A DNA stretch of 64,000 nucleotides from a virus. Taxonomy: Duplodnaviria > Heunggongvirae > Uroviricota > Caudoviricetes. The notes below the pieces were generated by a model. The model made no database searches. It was not told the origin of the DNA and saw only the letters and a list, made by a program, of their open reading frames with translations. Below, piece after piece: positions 53,822 to 64,000 of this stretch. Position numbers and translations under genes: made by a program. Position 1 is the stretch's first letter; each line of letters starts with the position of its first letter. Location of the stretch: positions 1-64,000 of the IMG/VR virus record IMGVR_UViG_3300022699_000502. The stretch is one strand, 5' to 3'.

Positions 53822-54453
53822 ATACGATAGACGATTTTAATGGACAATCTAACGGTACATCGCCCGATGGTTGGACGATCGTAAATACGGGTGATGCGTT
53901 CGAGATCGACACTACCACTGTATATGAAGGTGACGCTTGTTTATATGTTGAGGGTAGCGGTAGCAGTACGAGAGCAGAAGGATATAAAACGTTTAGCACA
54001 TTAGCTCCAATGGAACTTAAGTTCATATTTAGGATGAATTATGAGAGTAGATCAAATGATGATGGAAGACAAGTTTATTTTGAGATGGATGATACGTCAT
54101 TAATAACAGTTCAATTGGATACGAATGGTGGAGACAACGATATTGATTTCGCTGTTGGGAATTCAGCTACATATAGTTTTGGTTCAACGCAAACGTGGTA
54201 TGAAGTATATATAAAAAATGTTGATTATACTGATTATTCGTTCGATTGTGTTATTTCTAAAATGGATGGAACTGAAGTATTTTCAATTTCAAATGTTCAA
54301 TTTAATAATAATGGTTCACAAATAAATAGTATTAGAGTTAGAGCAAAAGGTTGGGGTGCATGTGGGATGAGAGTTGATAATTTTGAGTATTATGCGTGTA
54401 CACCTCCCACCGTTTCTGCAGATGGAGTAACTAACATGGAAGTAGTGAGATGA
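53818..54453 (+). CDS. structural protein (211 aa)
   Basis: beta-rich; overlap-coupled. Confidence 0.5.
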   Translation: MNTIDDFNGQSNGTSPDGWTIVNTGDAFEIDTTTVYEGDACLYVEGSGSSTRAEGYKTFSTLAPMELKFIFRMNYESRSNDDGRQVYFEMDDTSLITVQLDTNGGDNDIDFAVGNSATYSFGSTQTWYEVYIKNVDYTDYSFDCVISKMDGTEVFSISNVQFNNNGSQINSIRVRAKGWGACGMRVDNFEYYACTPPTVSADGVTNMEVVR

Positions 54454-54457
54454 TAAT

Positions 54458-54970
54458 ATGGCATGGGATGATGAAAAACAAGTAGGCGATGAGTTAACTG
54501 CGCCAGAATGGAATAGCATGGTAGATGATCAAAAACCTAAATTAGGTGCATATTTTGATGCGTACGCGTCATCATCGCAAGCATTTGGTGACGGTAATAC
54601 AATAACTGTTAATACAGATACTATTGAATTTAATACGGATTTTAGCTTAAGTAGCGGAGAGATCACTTTTAATACTGATGGTATATATTTAATTATTGCG
54701 AGAGTATCGTCTGATTGGAATGATACAACGAATAGGGCTACATCGGAGGCTTGGATCGAAATAGACGGTGTAGAGGTTGCCGGTTCAAAAGGTCTTATGT
54801 ACAATAGGACAGACCCAGAAAGCGATAATAGTACTACAATACAATTATTACAGAATATTAGCTCCGGTGAAACATTAAGAGTCAGAGCGTCTGGTCGCAA
54901 TATGGTTGATTATAATAGAGTTAAGACTGTTCCAGATGGGTGTAGAACAACAATTATTAGGATAGCATAA
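54458..54970 (+). CDS. structural protein (170 aa)
   Basis: beta-rich. Confidence 0.5.
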   Translation: MAWDDEKQVGDELTAPEWNSMVDDQKPKLGAYFDAYASSSQAFGDGNTITVNTDTIEFNTDFSLSSGEITFNTDGIYLIIARVSSDWNDTTNRATSEAWIEIDGVEVAGSKGLMYNRTDPESDNSTTIQLLQNISSGETLRVRASGRNMVDYNRVKTVPDGCRTTIIRIA

Positions 54971-54971
54971 G

Positions 54972-56306
54972 ATGCCTTTTCCATACACATATCCGATACC
55001 GTTGACTGGTGTACGTGCAACACTGACAGGTAGTTATAATACTCAAGATTGTGAGGTTACAAGTGTCGGATTCGTGTGGGGTACATCTTCATATGAAGAT
55101 CCAGGTGATGTGCAACCTGAAGATACTAACTATGATAATTATGTGGAGACATCCGTTCAAGATAATTTCGAGGAAATTATACAATTATTACCAAATACAA
55201 CATATTATTATAGAGCGTTTGCAGAAAATGCTGGGGGTATCACGTATAGTGATGAAATACAATTCACAACTCCATGGTTAGATACTGGACAAGTATCTAT
55301 AAATGAAACCATGACAATCGATGGTGTTTATTCTAATGCAGTTGAAGAACAACCAGCTGATCCAGTATCGATAGATGATTCTATAAATGTTAGTGGTGAA
55401 GATGCGGATATTCCATCATATGATGATACGGCTGTAAGCATTCAAGATATTTTTATATATGAAGAAGGCAATAAATATCATTTAGCGATTGAAGTGTATT
55501 CATTATACCATTATAATTCGTATTCGGTTATGCTACCAACAAATAAAATCGAACAATTAATAGATATGGATATAATTACGAGTCTTTATGATTTAAATGG
55601 GATTAATTGTAATGTATGGTTTGATGATGAACATTACAGTTCGGATTATCCTGTATGGATAGAAATGCCGATAACACAAGGATCAAATGTTGCTGTAGTT
55701 GAAGTAGGCGAACCAGATCCAAGTGATACAAGGAATGACGCGTTTGCGTATCATAGTCCTGGTTATGATGCGGAATACAGTTTAAGTTGGGAAACAAATA
55801 AGTACGGGGAAGTCAATATTGATGGTCCAGTGTTAATCTATTGTTTAAGGGGTACTACGCATGAATCATCAACTGTTTATAGATATGCAAATTATAGAAT
55901 TCAGTTGAAGGTAGATGGTGATTGGATAACCGTATTACAAGAAACGCAGCCTTTCACCAATGGACCGATCAATATTAATACCGATAATTATGAAACATAT
56001 TCTGATTATTGGGGGTCCGATAACCGGGTTATTATGGGTCCAAACAGCAGAAATTACTATAGGATAGATTATGATAATATTGAGGCAATTAGAGGACAGA
56101 CATATACGGACGATCCGGATGGATGGCATACATATGCATTGTATTTAGCGGATTTACGTATATTTCCGATAATAAATGAAAAGGAAAATTACGATGTTTC
56201 GTGTATGTATCCTGGTAATGTTGTTAGAGCCAAATTCGATGGATACAAATTACAATCAAATGGTTACGGTACGTTATTAACTAAGCAAGATGGGAATAAG
56301 AAATGA
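54972..56306 (+). CDS. structural protein with N-terminal fibronectin-III/Ig-like domain (444 aa)
   Basis: TTYYYRAFAENAGGITYSDEIQFTTPW is an FN3-type signature. Confidence 0.55.
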   Translation: MPFPYTYPIPLTGVRATLTGSYNTQDCEVTSVGFVWGTSSYEDPGDVQPEDTNYDNYVETSVQDNFEEIIQLLPNTTYYYRAFAENAGGITYSDEIQFTTPWLDTGQVSINETMTIDGVYSNAVEEQPADPVSIDDSINVSGEDADIPSYDDTAVSIQDIFIYEEGNKYHLAIEVYSLYHYNSYSVMLPTNKIEQLIDMDIITSLYDLNGINCNVWFDDEHYSSDYPVWIEMPITQGSNVAVVEVGEPDPSDTRNDAFAYHSPGYDAEYSLSWETNKYGEVNIDGPVLIYCLRGTTHESSTVYRYANYRIQLKVDGDWITVLQETQPFTNGPININTDNYETYSDYWGSDNRVIMGPNSRNYYRIDYDNIEAIRGQTYTDDPDGWHTYALYLADLRIFPIINEKENYDVSCMYPGNVVRAKFDGYKLQSNGYGTLLTKQDGNKK

Positions 56307-56428
56307 TGTCAGAAGATGAAGTAGATGAGAAGTTCCGTGAAATGATAGATAGGTTAGACAAAACCGATCAAAGATATGAGATCTTATTGAAGAAACTGGA
56401 TAAAATTATTGATGATCTAGGAGAGTAA
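56303..56428 (+). CDS. small coiled-coil protein (41 aa; hand-translated), possible fibre assembly factor
   Basis: MMSEDEVDEKFREMIDRLDKTDQRYEILLKKLDKIIDDLGE; ATGA overlap with the upstream stop. Confidence 0.3.
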   Translation: MMSEDEVDEKFREMIDRLDKTDQRYEILLKKLDKIIDDLGE

Positions 56429-56434
56429 TAGACA

Positions 56435-59400
56435 GTGCATGATAAGATACATGGTGTTTCCCACGAATATGGTGGGGAAGACGAAATCAGCGTCGATAGT
56501 CTCAGTGGGCTATTAGTAGATCCGCAATATACACGCGTACTTGATAGTGGTGCGTATGAAGGTACTTCATATACTCTTGATTTTGATACTGGTTTGAGGG
56601 CTCAACTAGATGTTGATGATGTAGTTGTTACGCTTGATGCGATATTATCTGATTTAGATGATGTGTCAGGCATTTCATACGATACCGGGAAGGTTTTAGT
56701 AGGTGATGGATCCGAATTTCATGCTGACTACCTAAGTCATAGTGCATTATTAGGACTAACAGATGATGATCATTTAGAATATTTGCCAAGAGATGGCCAA
56801 AGAGCCATGTATGGCGACCTCGATATGGGTAGCCAAGAAATAACGAACGTAACATATGTGGATGGTATAGATATATCGGAGCATGATCATGATGGAGATG
56901 CACCAAATGTTCCGATGGAAGGATTGTTGGATATCAATGGGTTTTCAAAATTAGATTTAGGTAAATATGTTGATAGACCAATACCGGGTATCCAGGATAG
57001 AGTTTATACTGCTTATGATAGTCAAGTTGGTTTTTGGTATGACGATGGTAGTAGTTGGAGAGCATTAACTACTAAAAATCATCAAAGTTTAACTGGAATT
57101 AAATCTGATGATCATCATAGTAGGTATACTGATGGTGAAGCTATAACAGCTATAAATACTGACGGAGACCATGGAAGTACAGCTCAACACGACTACTATA
57201 CGGATAGTGACGCAATAACCGCTATAAATAACGATACTGATCATGGTAGTACAGCACAACATAACTACTTCAGTGGATCACACGACGACTTAACAGATGT
57301 GAGTGTGAATGACCATATAAGTAACATAACGGATATACCAAACAGAGATCATAATGATTTAAACAACATAGGAACTTCGGATCATCATGTAAAGACCGGT
57401 GATGATGAAGTATATGCACTTACTAGGTATCAAAGTGCGCAGCCGGGCACGCCTAGTGCTGGTATGACATATATGGATAGCGACAACGACATCATATATG
57501 TTTATGATGGTACATCATGGCAAGGAGCCAAGGCAGAGGCTGCAGTAGGAATATTATCCGATTTAGGCGATGTTACCAACGTAGATTATACTGATGGGTA
57601 TGTGTTGAGAGCGGATGGGTCAAAATACGTATCAACGACGCTTAATCATGATGATTTAACTAATGTAAATAGTGATGATCATCATAGTAGATATACAAAT
57701 AGTGAAGCAGTAACAGCGATAAACGACGACAGTGATCACGGAAGCACAGCGCAACATGACTATTTTAGCGGTTCTCATGATGATTTAACTGATGTAAGTG
57801 CAACAGATCACATTCAAAATTTAAACCAAATACCTACTAGAAGTCACGATGATTTACAGAATATCGATAGTAGTGATCATCATGTCAAAACGGGTGATGA
57901 TGAAGTATATGGTTTAATTCATTATGATGATAGTTCACCCGGTGATTCGCAACTTGGATTAGCATATGTAGATACGTATGACAACATATTATATGTTAAT
58001 GACGGAACTTCGTTTGTTGGTGTAAAAGGAGCATCACCGAGTATATTTTTGGAAGATATTCAAGATGTTAGTGATGTTAGTTATAATGCAGGGTATGTGT
58101 TGAGAGCGGATGGTTCACAGTACGCTACTTCAACATTAAGACATACTGATCTTACTAACGTACAGCCCGAGCAACATCATGTTGCATTTGTAGGGCTTGA
58201 AGATAATCAAGGTGTTGTGGTACAACCTGCACCTGATGATAGGGTTCAGTTTACTGATGATGAAATTGTTAATGCGGATGCTGTTGATAGTACAGTAGCA
58301 TTTTCAATAGATCAATCTAAAATTTCACATGATAGTATATCAGGAGTGTCACCTGATGATCACCATAATGCATTTATAGGATTAGAAGATGAAGACGGTG
58401 CTGTTGTTGATCCTGCAATTGATAACAGAATACAAATACTTGGTGATGATACCATCAGCATCGTTGGTAGCGCTAGCGTACTTAACCTATCTGCGTCTGT
58501 AGGAAACATACATCATGATAGTTTATTAGGTCTAACAGCGCATAATCATCATTACAAGACAGTAGATGATGAGGTATATGGGTTAACGAGAAGGCAATCC
58601 AATGCACCGGGTTCACCTAGTGCTGGTATGACATATATGGACGCAGAGAATGATGTGATCTATGTATATGATGGTACAAGTTGGTCCGGCGCGAGAGCAG
58701 AAGCAGCTGTAGGCCAACTTTCTGACCTTTCTGATGTACAAAATATCGGATATACTGATGGATATGTACTAAGAGCATCAGGATCATATTATGAGACTTC
58801 ACAGTTGAGTCACACTGATTTGGGTGACATCGGTTCTAGTGCTCATCACACAAGATATAGTGATGAAGAGGCACAAGATGCCGTAGGACCTATAGTAACA
58901 GGCGGTACAAACATCGATGTGACTTATAATGATGGTGTTCCATCTATTGTTGTTGATAATACACAAAGCAAGTATACTGATGAAGAGGCACAAGATGCCG
59001 TCGGCAACATAATGGTCGGAACCGGAGCTACTACGGTTGACTATGATGATAGTACTGACACAATAACAATAGATAGTACGCAACTGAATGAAGAAACAGT
59101 ACAAGATTATGCTTGGGACGTATTAGATGGCACTCAGACGCTCATAAACGTTACTTATGATGATCAAAATGATAATGTAGACTTTGTAGTCAGAGAATCT
59201 GAGATCAATCATAATAACTTAATAAACGGCAGTCAAATTGATGCGCATCATACTAGATATACAGATATGGAAGCAATTAATGCTGTTGAATCATACGGAG
59301 CACTTGATATATCTGTTACAAACTCTGATATGGTGGATAGTTACCATGCAAGTGCTTTCGTGTTAGAGTCCGGAGACAGTATGAGTGGTAACCTAAAGGT

Positions 59401-62400
59401 ACCATCACTAAAATTCAGTGATACTGTTGAAAGTGATGATCATGCGGGTGTGATATTATCAAGTGAGACGACTAACGATAAGCACACATATATACATAAT
59501 TATGACAATTCACTATTATTTATTGATGACAGAGAAACTGTAAATACATCACCGGTACCTGACATAAATAATACATCCGATATATTTAATGATACGAAAA
59601 GCCAATCTGCGCAATGGACGGATTGGGATGCAGCAAAACCAGTAACGATCACAATTGATTCAAATAATCATGATAGTTCGTCGATTGATTATATTTACTT
59701 TGATTTTGAGAATGGAAGATATTGTTCCGATATAAAAGCAGAGTATTATGATGGTTCATGGCATACATTTTATAATACAACAAATAATGATGATGAATTA
59801 CCATTTATACACAAAAGCGAATTTAGCGAGCAGGTTAGCGGCTGGATACAACTTAAGTTCACGTTTGACGGTACGTTAGCATACACGGATGATCTGCGTA
59901 TTGATGAAATAGGTGTATTTAGTCCGGATGAAGATGAAGGGTTTGTGATGAAACGTAGCGGTGGGAATATATATGATACCATCGATATGAACCAAAATAG
60001 TATCATTAATGCAAGCGCATATAATGGTGTGGACATAAATACACATATAACTGATGCAGATGCGCATCACTGGCATGATGATCATTATGGCCTCATCAGA
60101 TATCAGAGTGTACCGCCCGGAACTACCAAATTTGAGCAAGTATATATAGATACCGATGATGATACCTTACAAGTTTATGATGGCGGTGCATGGGTAACGA
60201 TAGCTGGCGGCGGTACAGCGCCACAAAACTTATCCGACTTGAACGACGTTACAGATGTATCATATTCGGCAGGCTATACATTAAGAGCAAACGGATCGCA
60301 ATATGTTACGGCCCAATTAGATCATAGCGATTTGGCAGGACTAAGTCCTGATAACCACCACACAGCGTTCACACCGACTGATCATGATTCTAGAGATCAT
60401 AGTCCTGTTGCATCTACAATGGACTTGAATGAGTTAGCAGCACCTTCCTCCCAACTCGACATCAATTATCAAGACCTCGATAATGTAGGCGTAATAGATT
60501 TCGATACAACTCCTTCAACAACATCACATCAAGAGGGTAGAGTAAGGTGGAATAATACTGATAAAACTCTACAAGCGGATACTGAAATAACTGATGTTTC
60601 ATTACAAGTCGGTCAAGAAATGTATGTAAGAGTCCAAAATAATACTGGAAGCACTATTAATAATGGCGATGTAGTATATATTAATGATGGTTCTTCTGAT
60701 AATCCTACTATCGGGTTAGCACAAGCAAATGATAAAAATAAAGCCCATAGAACCATAGGTATGGCAACACACGATATATCCGACGGCTCAATTGGATATG
60801 TAACAACGTACGGTAGAATTAGAGGATTAGATACTTCATCCTACACATTAGGCGACGAATTGTGGTTAAGCCCAGATACTGCTGGCGGTGTTACAGATAC
60901 AGAACCGGTCGGATTGGATAACAGGATAAAAGTAGGGGTAGTAATAAGAAGTGATGCAAGTGATGGTATCATATTCTTCAATAAAACTCAATTCTTTAAT
61001 GCATCAGATATAAAGCTCAATAATGCTGCTAATGCATCATATACTAACTTACAGCAAAAATTAGACCATACCGCTGCAACCGGCATATATGAAGGCGGGG
61101 CGATAACTGATAATGGTGACGGAACTATCGATATATCTGGTGGTAGTGCCCAAATTAAAACAAGTAGTAGTTGGACTGCTGAAGTATTAGAAATAGATTT
61201 TAGTAGTGCAACAAATTTAACACCAACAGACGATGATAGTACATATTATTATTTGGATTATAACGGTGGTAGTCCAACAATCTCGTCAACTACATCTAGA
61301 GATAGTATAAATTTCCAAGACGAATTATATATCGGTAAGGTATATAGGAACGGTACGGACATAACCATAATAAATACTTCACAACAAGTGGCTGGAATAA
61401 CAACTAAAGGTCTATATTCAACATATTATAAAGACGAAGTAAAAAGAGTAACTGGATTAACATTGAGTGAAACTGGAAACAGGTATTTACAAATAACGGC
61501 TGGGTTATTATTTTATGGATATACAAGGATAGACATAAGCGCTAAAGATACATCAGGAACAGACACATTCACATATTGGTATAGAGATGGTAGTGGTGGT
61601 TGGACGACGACTACTGGTAATACGCAAGTATCCAACCAGCAGTACGACGATGGTACTGGAACCCTAGCAAATATCGAAAATAACGACTACGGTGTATTTT
61701 GGGTTTATATGGGACACGACGGGAAATTACATGTACAATATGGACAAAATTCTTATAATAAATATGCAGATGCTTTGAATGCAACTATACCAGATGCGCC
61801 CGATTTATTGGGTACCTTCTGTACATTCATCGCTAAAATCATAATTGAAGAAGACGGAACTAACTTTGATGATGTACTGATACCATGGATGAACGGTGGT
61901 GTTGGTGGTGCTACCGTTACAGACCACGGTAATCTAAGTGGATTGGGCGACGATGACCACCTACAATACCTGTTACATGACGGTAGTAGAGCTATGAGTG
62001 GAAATTTAGATATGGGTACAAACAACATCACTAATGTAGGCAATGTAGATGGTGTAGATGTATCTGACCATAGCACGAGACATGAAGATGGTGGTGCAGA
62101 CGAATTGAATGTGGGTGGGTTATCAGGAGAATTAGCCGACCCACAAACGCCTAAAACACATGCTAGCACACATTATGATGGTGGAACCGATGAGTTGGAT
62201 GCTGCAGATTTAGCAGGAGCATCAGGAACATCCGGACAATATTTGAAGACGGATGGATCAACAGCAACTTGGGCAGATATAGAAGCTGTATCGGATCATG
62301 GAAACCTTACGGGGCTTGATGATGATGATCATACCCAATATTTGCTGGTTGATGGTACCAGGACTATGAGTGGAAACTTAAATATGGACGGAAACAATAT

Positions 62401-62644
62401 AAATAGTGTTGGGGCTTTAACAACTAACACAATAACAGTTAATAATTCGATGAGTGCAGATTCGATCACAGCAAACACAACGTTGGATTGGTCTGCAGGA
62501 GAAGCATTTCCAAATATTATTGAGCAGAATAGCGAACCAAGCTTGTCCTCTGGAGCTTGGGGAGTTTGGTATGATAATGATGACGACCAAATGTGGCTTA
62601 TCATTAACCACGGAGGAGATCAAAGAAAAGTAGAGATTGCGTAA
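56435..62644 (+). CDS. giant repetitive D/H-rich fibre-like (receptor-binding) protein, 2069 aa, GTG start
   Basis: internal repeats (TDxxAITAINxDxDHGSTAQHDY x4, VKTGDDEVYxL x3, DGTSWxGAxAEAAVG x2, LSDLxDVxxxxYTDGYVLRAxGS x4); HxxxHxxGGxDEL motif at the N-terminus and twice near the C-terminus; extremely acidic. Confidence 0.8.
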   Translation: MHDKIHGVSHEYGGEDEISVDSLSGLLVDPQYTRVLDSGAYEGTSYTLDFDTGLRAQLDVDDVVVTLDAILSDLDDVSGISYDTGKVLVGDGSEFHADYLSHSALLGLTDDDHLEYLPRDGQRAMYGDLDMGSQEITNVTYVDGIDISEHDHDGDAPNVPMEGLLDINGFSKLDLGKYVDRPIPGIQDRVYTAYDSQVGFWYDDGSSWRALTTKNHQSLTGIKSDDHHSRYTDGEAITAINTDGDHGSTAQHDYYTDSDAITAINNDTDHGSTAQHNYFSGSHDDLTDVSVNDHISNITDIPNRDHNDLNNIGTSDHHVKTGDDEVYALTRYQSAQPGTPSAGMTYMDSDNDIIYVYDGTSWQGAKAEAAVGILSDLGDVTNVDYTDGYVLRADGSKYVSTTLNHDDLTNVNSDDHHSRYTNSEAVTAINDDSDHGSTAQHDYFSGSHDDLTDVSATDHIQNLNQIPTRSHDDLQNIDSSDHHVKTGDDEVYGLIHYDDSSPGDSQLGLAYVDTYDNILYVNDGTSFVGVKGASPSIFLEDIQDVSDVSYNAGYVLRADGSQYATSTLRHTDLTNVQPEQHHVAFVGLEDNQGVVVQPAPDDRVQFTDDEIVNADAVDSTVAFSIDQSKISHDSISGVSPDDHHNAFIGLEDEDGAVVDPAIDNRIQILGDDTISIVGSASVLNLSASVGNIHHDSLLGLTAHNHHYKTVDDEVYGLTRRQSNAPGSPSAGMTYMDAENDVIYVYDGTSWSGARAEAAVGQLSDLSDVQNIGYTDGYVLRASGSYYETSQLSHTDLGDIGSSAHHTRYSDEEAQDAVGPIVTGGTNIDVTYNDGVPSIVVDNTQSKYTDEEAQDAVGNIMVGTGATTVDYDDSTDTITIDSTQLNEETVQDYAWDVLDGTQTLINVTYDDQNDNVDFVVRESEINHNNLINGSQIDAHHTRYTDMEAINAVESYGALDISVTNSDMVDSYHASAFVLESGDSMSGNLKVPSLKFSDTVESDDHAGVILSSETTNDKHTYIHNYDNSLLFIDDRETVNTSPVPDINNTSDIFNDTKSQSAQWTDWDAAKPVTITIDSNNHDSSSIDYIYFDFENGRYCSDIKAEYYDGSWHTFYNTTNNDDELPFIHKSEFSEQVSGWIQLKFTFDGTLAYTDDLRIDEIGVFSPDEDEGFVMKRSGGNIYDTIDMNQNSIINASAYNGVDINTHITDADAHHWHDDHYGLIRYQSVPPGTTKFEQVYIDTDDDTLQVYDGGAWVTIAGGGTAPQNLSDLNDVTDVSYSAGYTLRANGSQYVTAQLDHSDLAGLSPDNHHTAFTPTDHDSRDHSPVASTMDLNELAAPSSQLDINYQDLDNVGVIDFDTTPSTTSHQEGRVRWNNTDKTLQADTEITDVSLQVGQEMYVRVQNNTGSTINNGDVVYINDGSSDNPTIGLAQANDKNKAHRTIGMATHDISDGSIGYVTTYGRIRGLDTSSYTLGDELWLSPDTAGGVTDTEPVGLDNRIKVGVVIRSDASDGIIFFNKTQFFNASDIKLNNAANASYTNLQQKLDHTAATGIYEGGAITDNGDGTIDISGGSAQIKTSSSWTAEVLEIDFSSATNLTPTDDDSTYYYLDYNGGSPTISSTTSRDSINFQDELYIGKVYRNGTDITIINTSQQVAGITTKGLYSTYYKDEVKRVTGLTLSETGNRYLQITAGLLFYGYTRIDISAKDTSGTDTFTYWYRDGSGGWTTTTGNTQVSNQQYDDGTGTLANIENNDYGVFWVYMGHDGKLHVQYGQNSYNKYADALNATIPDAPDLLGTFCTFIAKIIIEEDGTNFDDVLIPWMNGGVGGATVTDHGNLSGLGDDDHLQYLLHDGSRAMSGNLDMGTNNITNVGNVDGVDVSDHSTRHEDGGADELNVGGLSGELADPQTPKTHASTHYDGGTDELDAADLAGASGTSGQYLKTDGSTATWADIEAVSDHGNLTGLDDDDHTQYLLVDGTRTMSGNLNMDGNNINSVGALTTNTITVNNSMSADSITANTTLDWSAGEAFPNIIEQNSEPSLSSGAWGVWYDNDDDQMWLIINHGGDQRKVEIA

Positions 62645-63542
62645 CGATAATAGAGGTAAAATAATGGTAGAACAATATAAAAATAAAAAAGTATTGCAGA
62701 AGTTATATTATGATAAGGAAATGAGTATGTCAGAAATAGGTAATAAATTTAATGTTTCACAACAAACAATAATGTATTATATGGACAAATATGATATTAA
62801 AAGAAGAAGTTTATCGGAAGCACTCAAAGGTGAAAATGCTCCTATGTATGGTAAAACACATAGTGAAGAAACTAAAAAGAAAATGTCAGAATCACATAAG
62901 GGTGTAAACCATCACCAGTATGGGAAAAAACTTCCTCAGGAAGTTAAACAAAAAATATCAGAGTCTATGAAGGGAGAAAAAAATCCTATGTACGGAAAGT
63001 TAGGTAAAGATGCTCCTTGGTATAATAAAAGTCATTCCGAAGAAACTAAAAAGAAAATGTCAGAATCACATAAGGGTGTAAACCATCATTTCTACGGCAA
63101 GAATTTATCTAAAAAACATAAGAATAAGATATCAGAATCTATGAAAGGAAAAACATGTAGTGAGGAAACTAAGCAGAAAATTTCCAAAGCATTATCAGGT
63201 GAAAATGCTCCGTGGTATGGTAAATCAGGTAAAGATAATCCTCATTGGAAACCTGATAGTAATAATTATGAGATTTGGAGAGAAAGAACTTTATCAAGTA
63301 ATAAGTATCAAAAAGTTAGAAAAAAAGTACTAAAAAGAGATAATTATAAATGTCAATTGTGTGATAATAATATGAAATTAGAAGTTCATCATATTATACC
63401 AATGAGAAAACTATGGGATATAGATAATAAAAAATTGGTTACAGATATAAATAATCTTATCACGTTATGTAAGAAATGTCATCAAAGTATAAAAGGTAGG
63501 GAAAAGGAATATAAAAAGATTTTTAAGGAGATTGTAAAATAA
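62637..63542 (+). CDS. HNH homing endonuclease with NUMOD3 DNA-binding repeats
   Basis: 301 aa; repeated (T/S)HSEETKKKMSESHKG... NUMOD3-type units (5 or more); C-terminal HNH CQLCDN..EVHHIIP..N..LCKKCH; N-terminal HTH. Confidence 0.75.
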   Translation: MRNDNRGKIMVEQYKNKKVLQKLYYDKEMSMSEIGNKFNVSQQTIMYYMDKYDIKRRSLSEALKGENAPMYGKTHSEETKKKMSESHKGVNHHQYGKKLPQEVKQKISESMKGEKNPMYGKLGKDAPWYNKSHSEETKKKMSESHKGVNHHFYGKNLSKKHKNKISESMKGKTCSEETKQKISKALSGENAPWYGKSGKDNPHWKPDSNNYEIWRERTLSSNKYQKVRKKVLKRDNYKCQLCDNNMKLEVHHIIPMRKLWDIDNKKLVTDINNLITLCKKCHQSIKGREKEYKKIFKEIVK

Positions 63543-63589
63543 GGTGAGTATTATGGTAGATATTAAGATTAAAATATTAGGTGATATAT

Positions 63590-64000
63590 ATGGCAGATGG
63601 ACATACTAAATTACATTCCAACGAACATCTTAAAGGGAACGTAGACGAACTGACAGGTTTAGACGCAACACAGATCGCCGATGGTACAGTTAACAACACG
63701 GAATTCGAGTACCTAGATGGTCTTAGCGGTACTATAGCCACCGAAGACTATGTTGATAGTAAAGTACAAGGGATAGATTGGCAGGATTCTGTTATAGATA
63801 AGGATGTTTCAGACCCATCAACTTTGACACCGAGTGATGGTGACCGATATATAGTCGCTGCGGGTGGTTCTGGAGATTGGTCAGGACATGACGATGACAT
63901 AGCAGAATATAATGGAAGTAGTTGGGAATTCATTACACCAAACGAAGGATTTGCAACGTGGGTAGAAGATGAAAATATCCAATATGTATGGAATGGTTCA
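63590..64000 (+). CDS. second fibre-like protein (partial, runs off the window)
   Basis: hand-translated MADGHTKLHSNEHLKGNVDELTGLDATQIADG... carries the same HxxEHxxGxxDEL N-terminal motif as the 2069-aa protein. Confidence 0.5.
   Translation, partial: MADGHTKLHSNEHLKGNVDELTGLDATQIADGTVNNTEFEYLDGLSGTIATEDYVDSKVQGIDWQDSVIDKDVSDPSTLTPSDGDRYIVAAGGSGDWSGHDDDIAEYNGSSWEFITPNEGFATWVEDENIQYVWNGS

Overview
This 64-kb window looks like part of a large, AT-rich, tailed (head-tail) archaeal virus, probably a halovirus. The reasons: most predicted proteins are strongly acidic; there is an archaeal/eukaryal-type release factor (aRF1) and a PolX polymerase; the promoters are TATA-box type; and there is a terminase-portal structural module. 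The window divides into four blocks. (A) 1 to ~37.3 kb is almost entirely coded on the minus strand. It is about 100 tiny, often start/stop-overlapping genes in polycistronic units, each unit preceded by the same ~45-bp promoter element, which occurs 13 times. The block contains a MoxR AAA+ ATPase, a PolX polymerase with a PHP domain, an ATP-dependent ligase (RNA-ligase-like), a T4 endonuclease V-like pyrimidine-dimer glycosylase, and a radical-SAM enzyme with a C-terminal Cys cluster. It also holds a histone-fold protein, an SPFH/band-7 membrane protein, a class-I release factor aRF1 next to a tRNA-Met(CAU) with initiator-like features, several zinc-finger/zinc-ribbon paralog families, and two GC-rich structured-RNA candidates. 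(B) 37.3 to 43.3 kb is a strand-switch region. It has a free-standing LAGLIDADG homing endonuclease, an iteron- and palindrome-rich ori-like region, and a visibly GC-richer six-to-seven-gene module of acidic zinc-ribbon proteins bracketed by shared repeat motifs. (C) 43.3 to 46.8 kb is an extremely AT-rich island of about 3.5 kb. It carries four cassette-like genes for basic, K/N-rich proteins, each with its own TATA box, GGTGA ribosome-binding site and oligo-T terminator. The four genes are bracketed by two copies of an 8-bp inverted-repeat palindrome, and the island is followed by nested direct repeats just upstream of the terminase small subunit gene. (D) 46.8 to 64 kb is a plus-strand packaging and structural module: TerS, TerL, a portal candidate, about ten structural proteins, a 2069-aa D/H-rich repetitive fibre-like protein, an HNH-NUMOD3 homing endonuclease, and the start of a second fibre-like gene. 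Nothing was computed; all calls rest on motifs read by eye. Many additional ORFs under 60 aa exist in the gaps, and only a few are listed.
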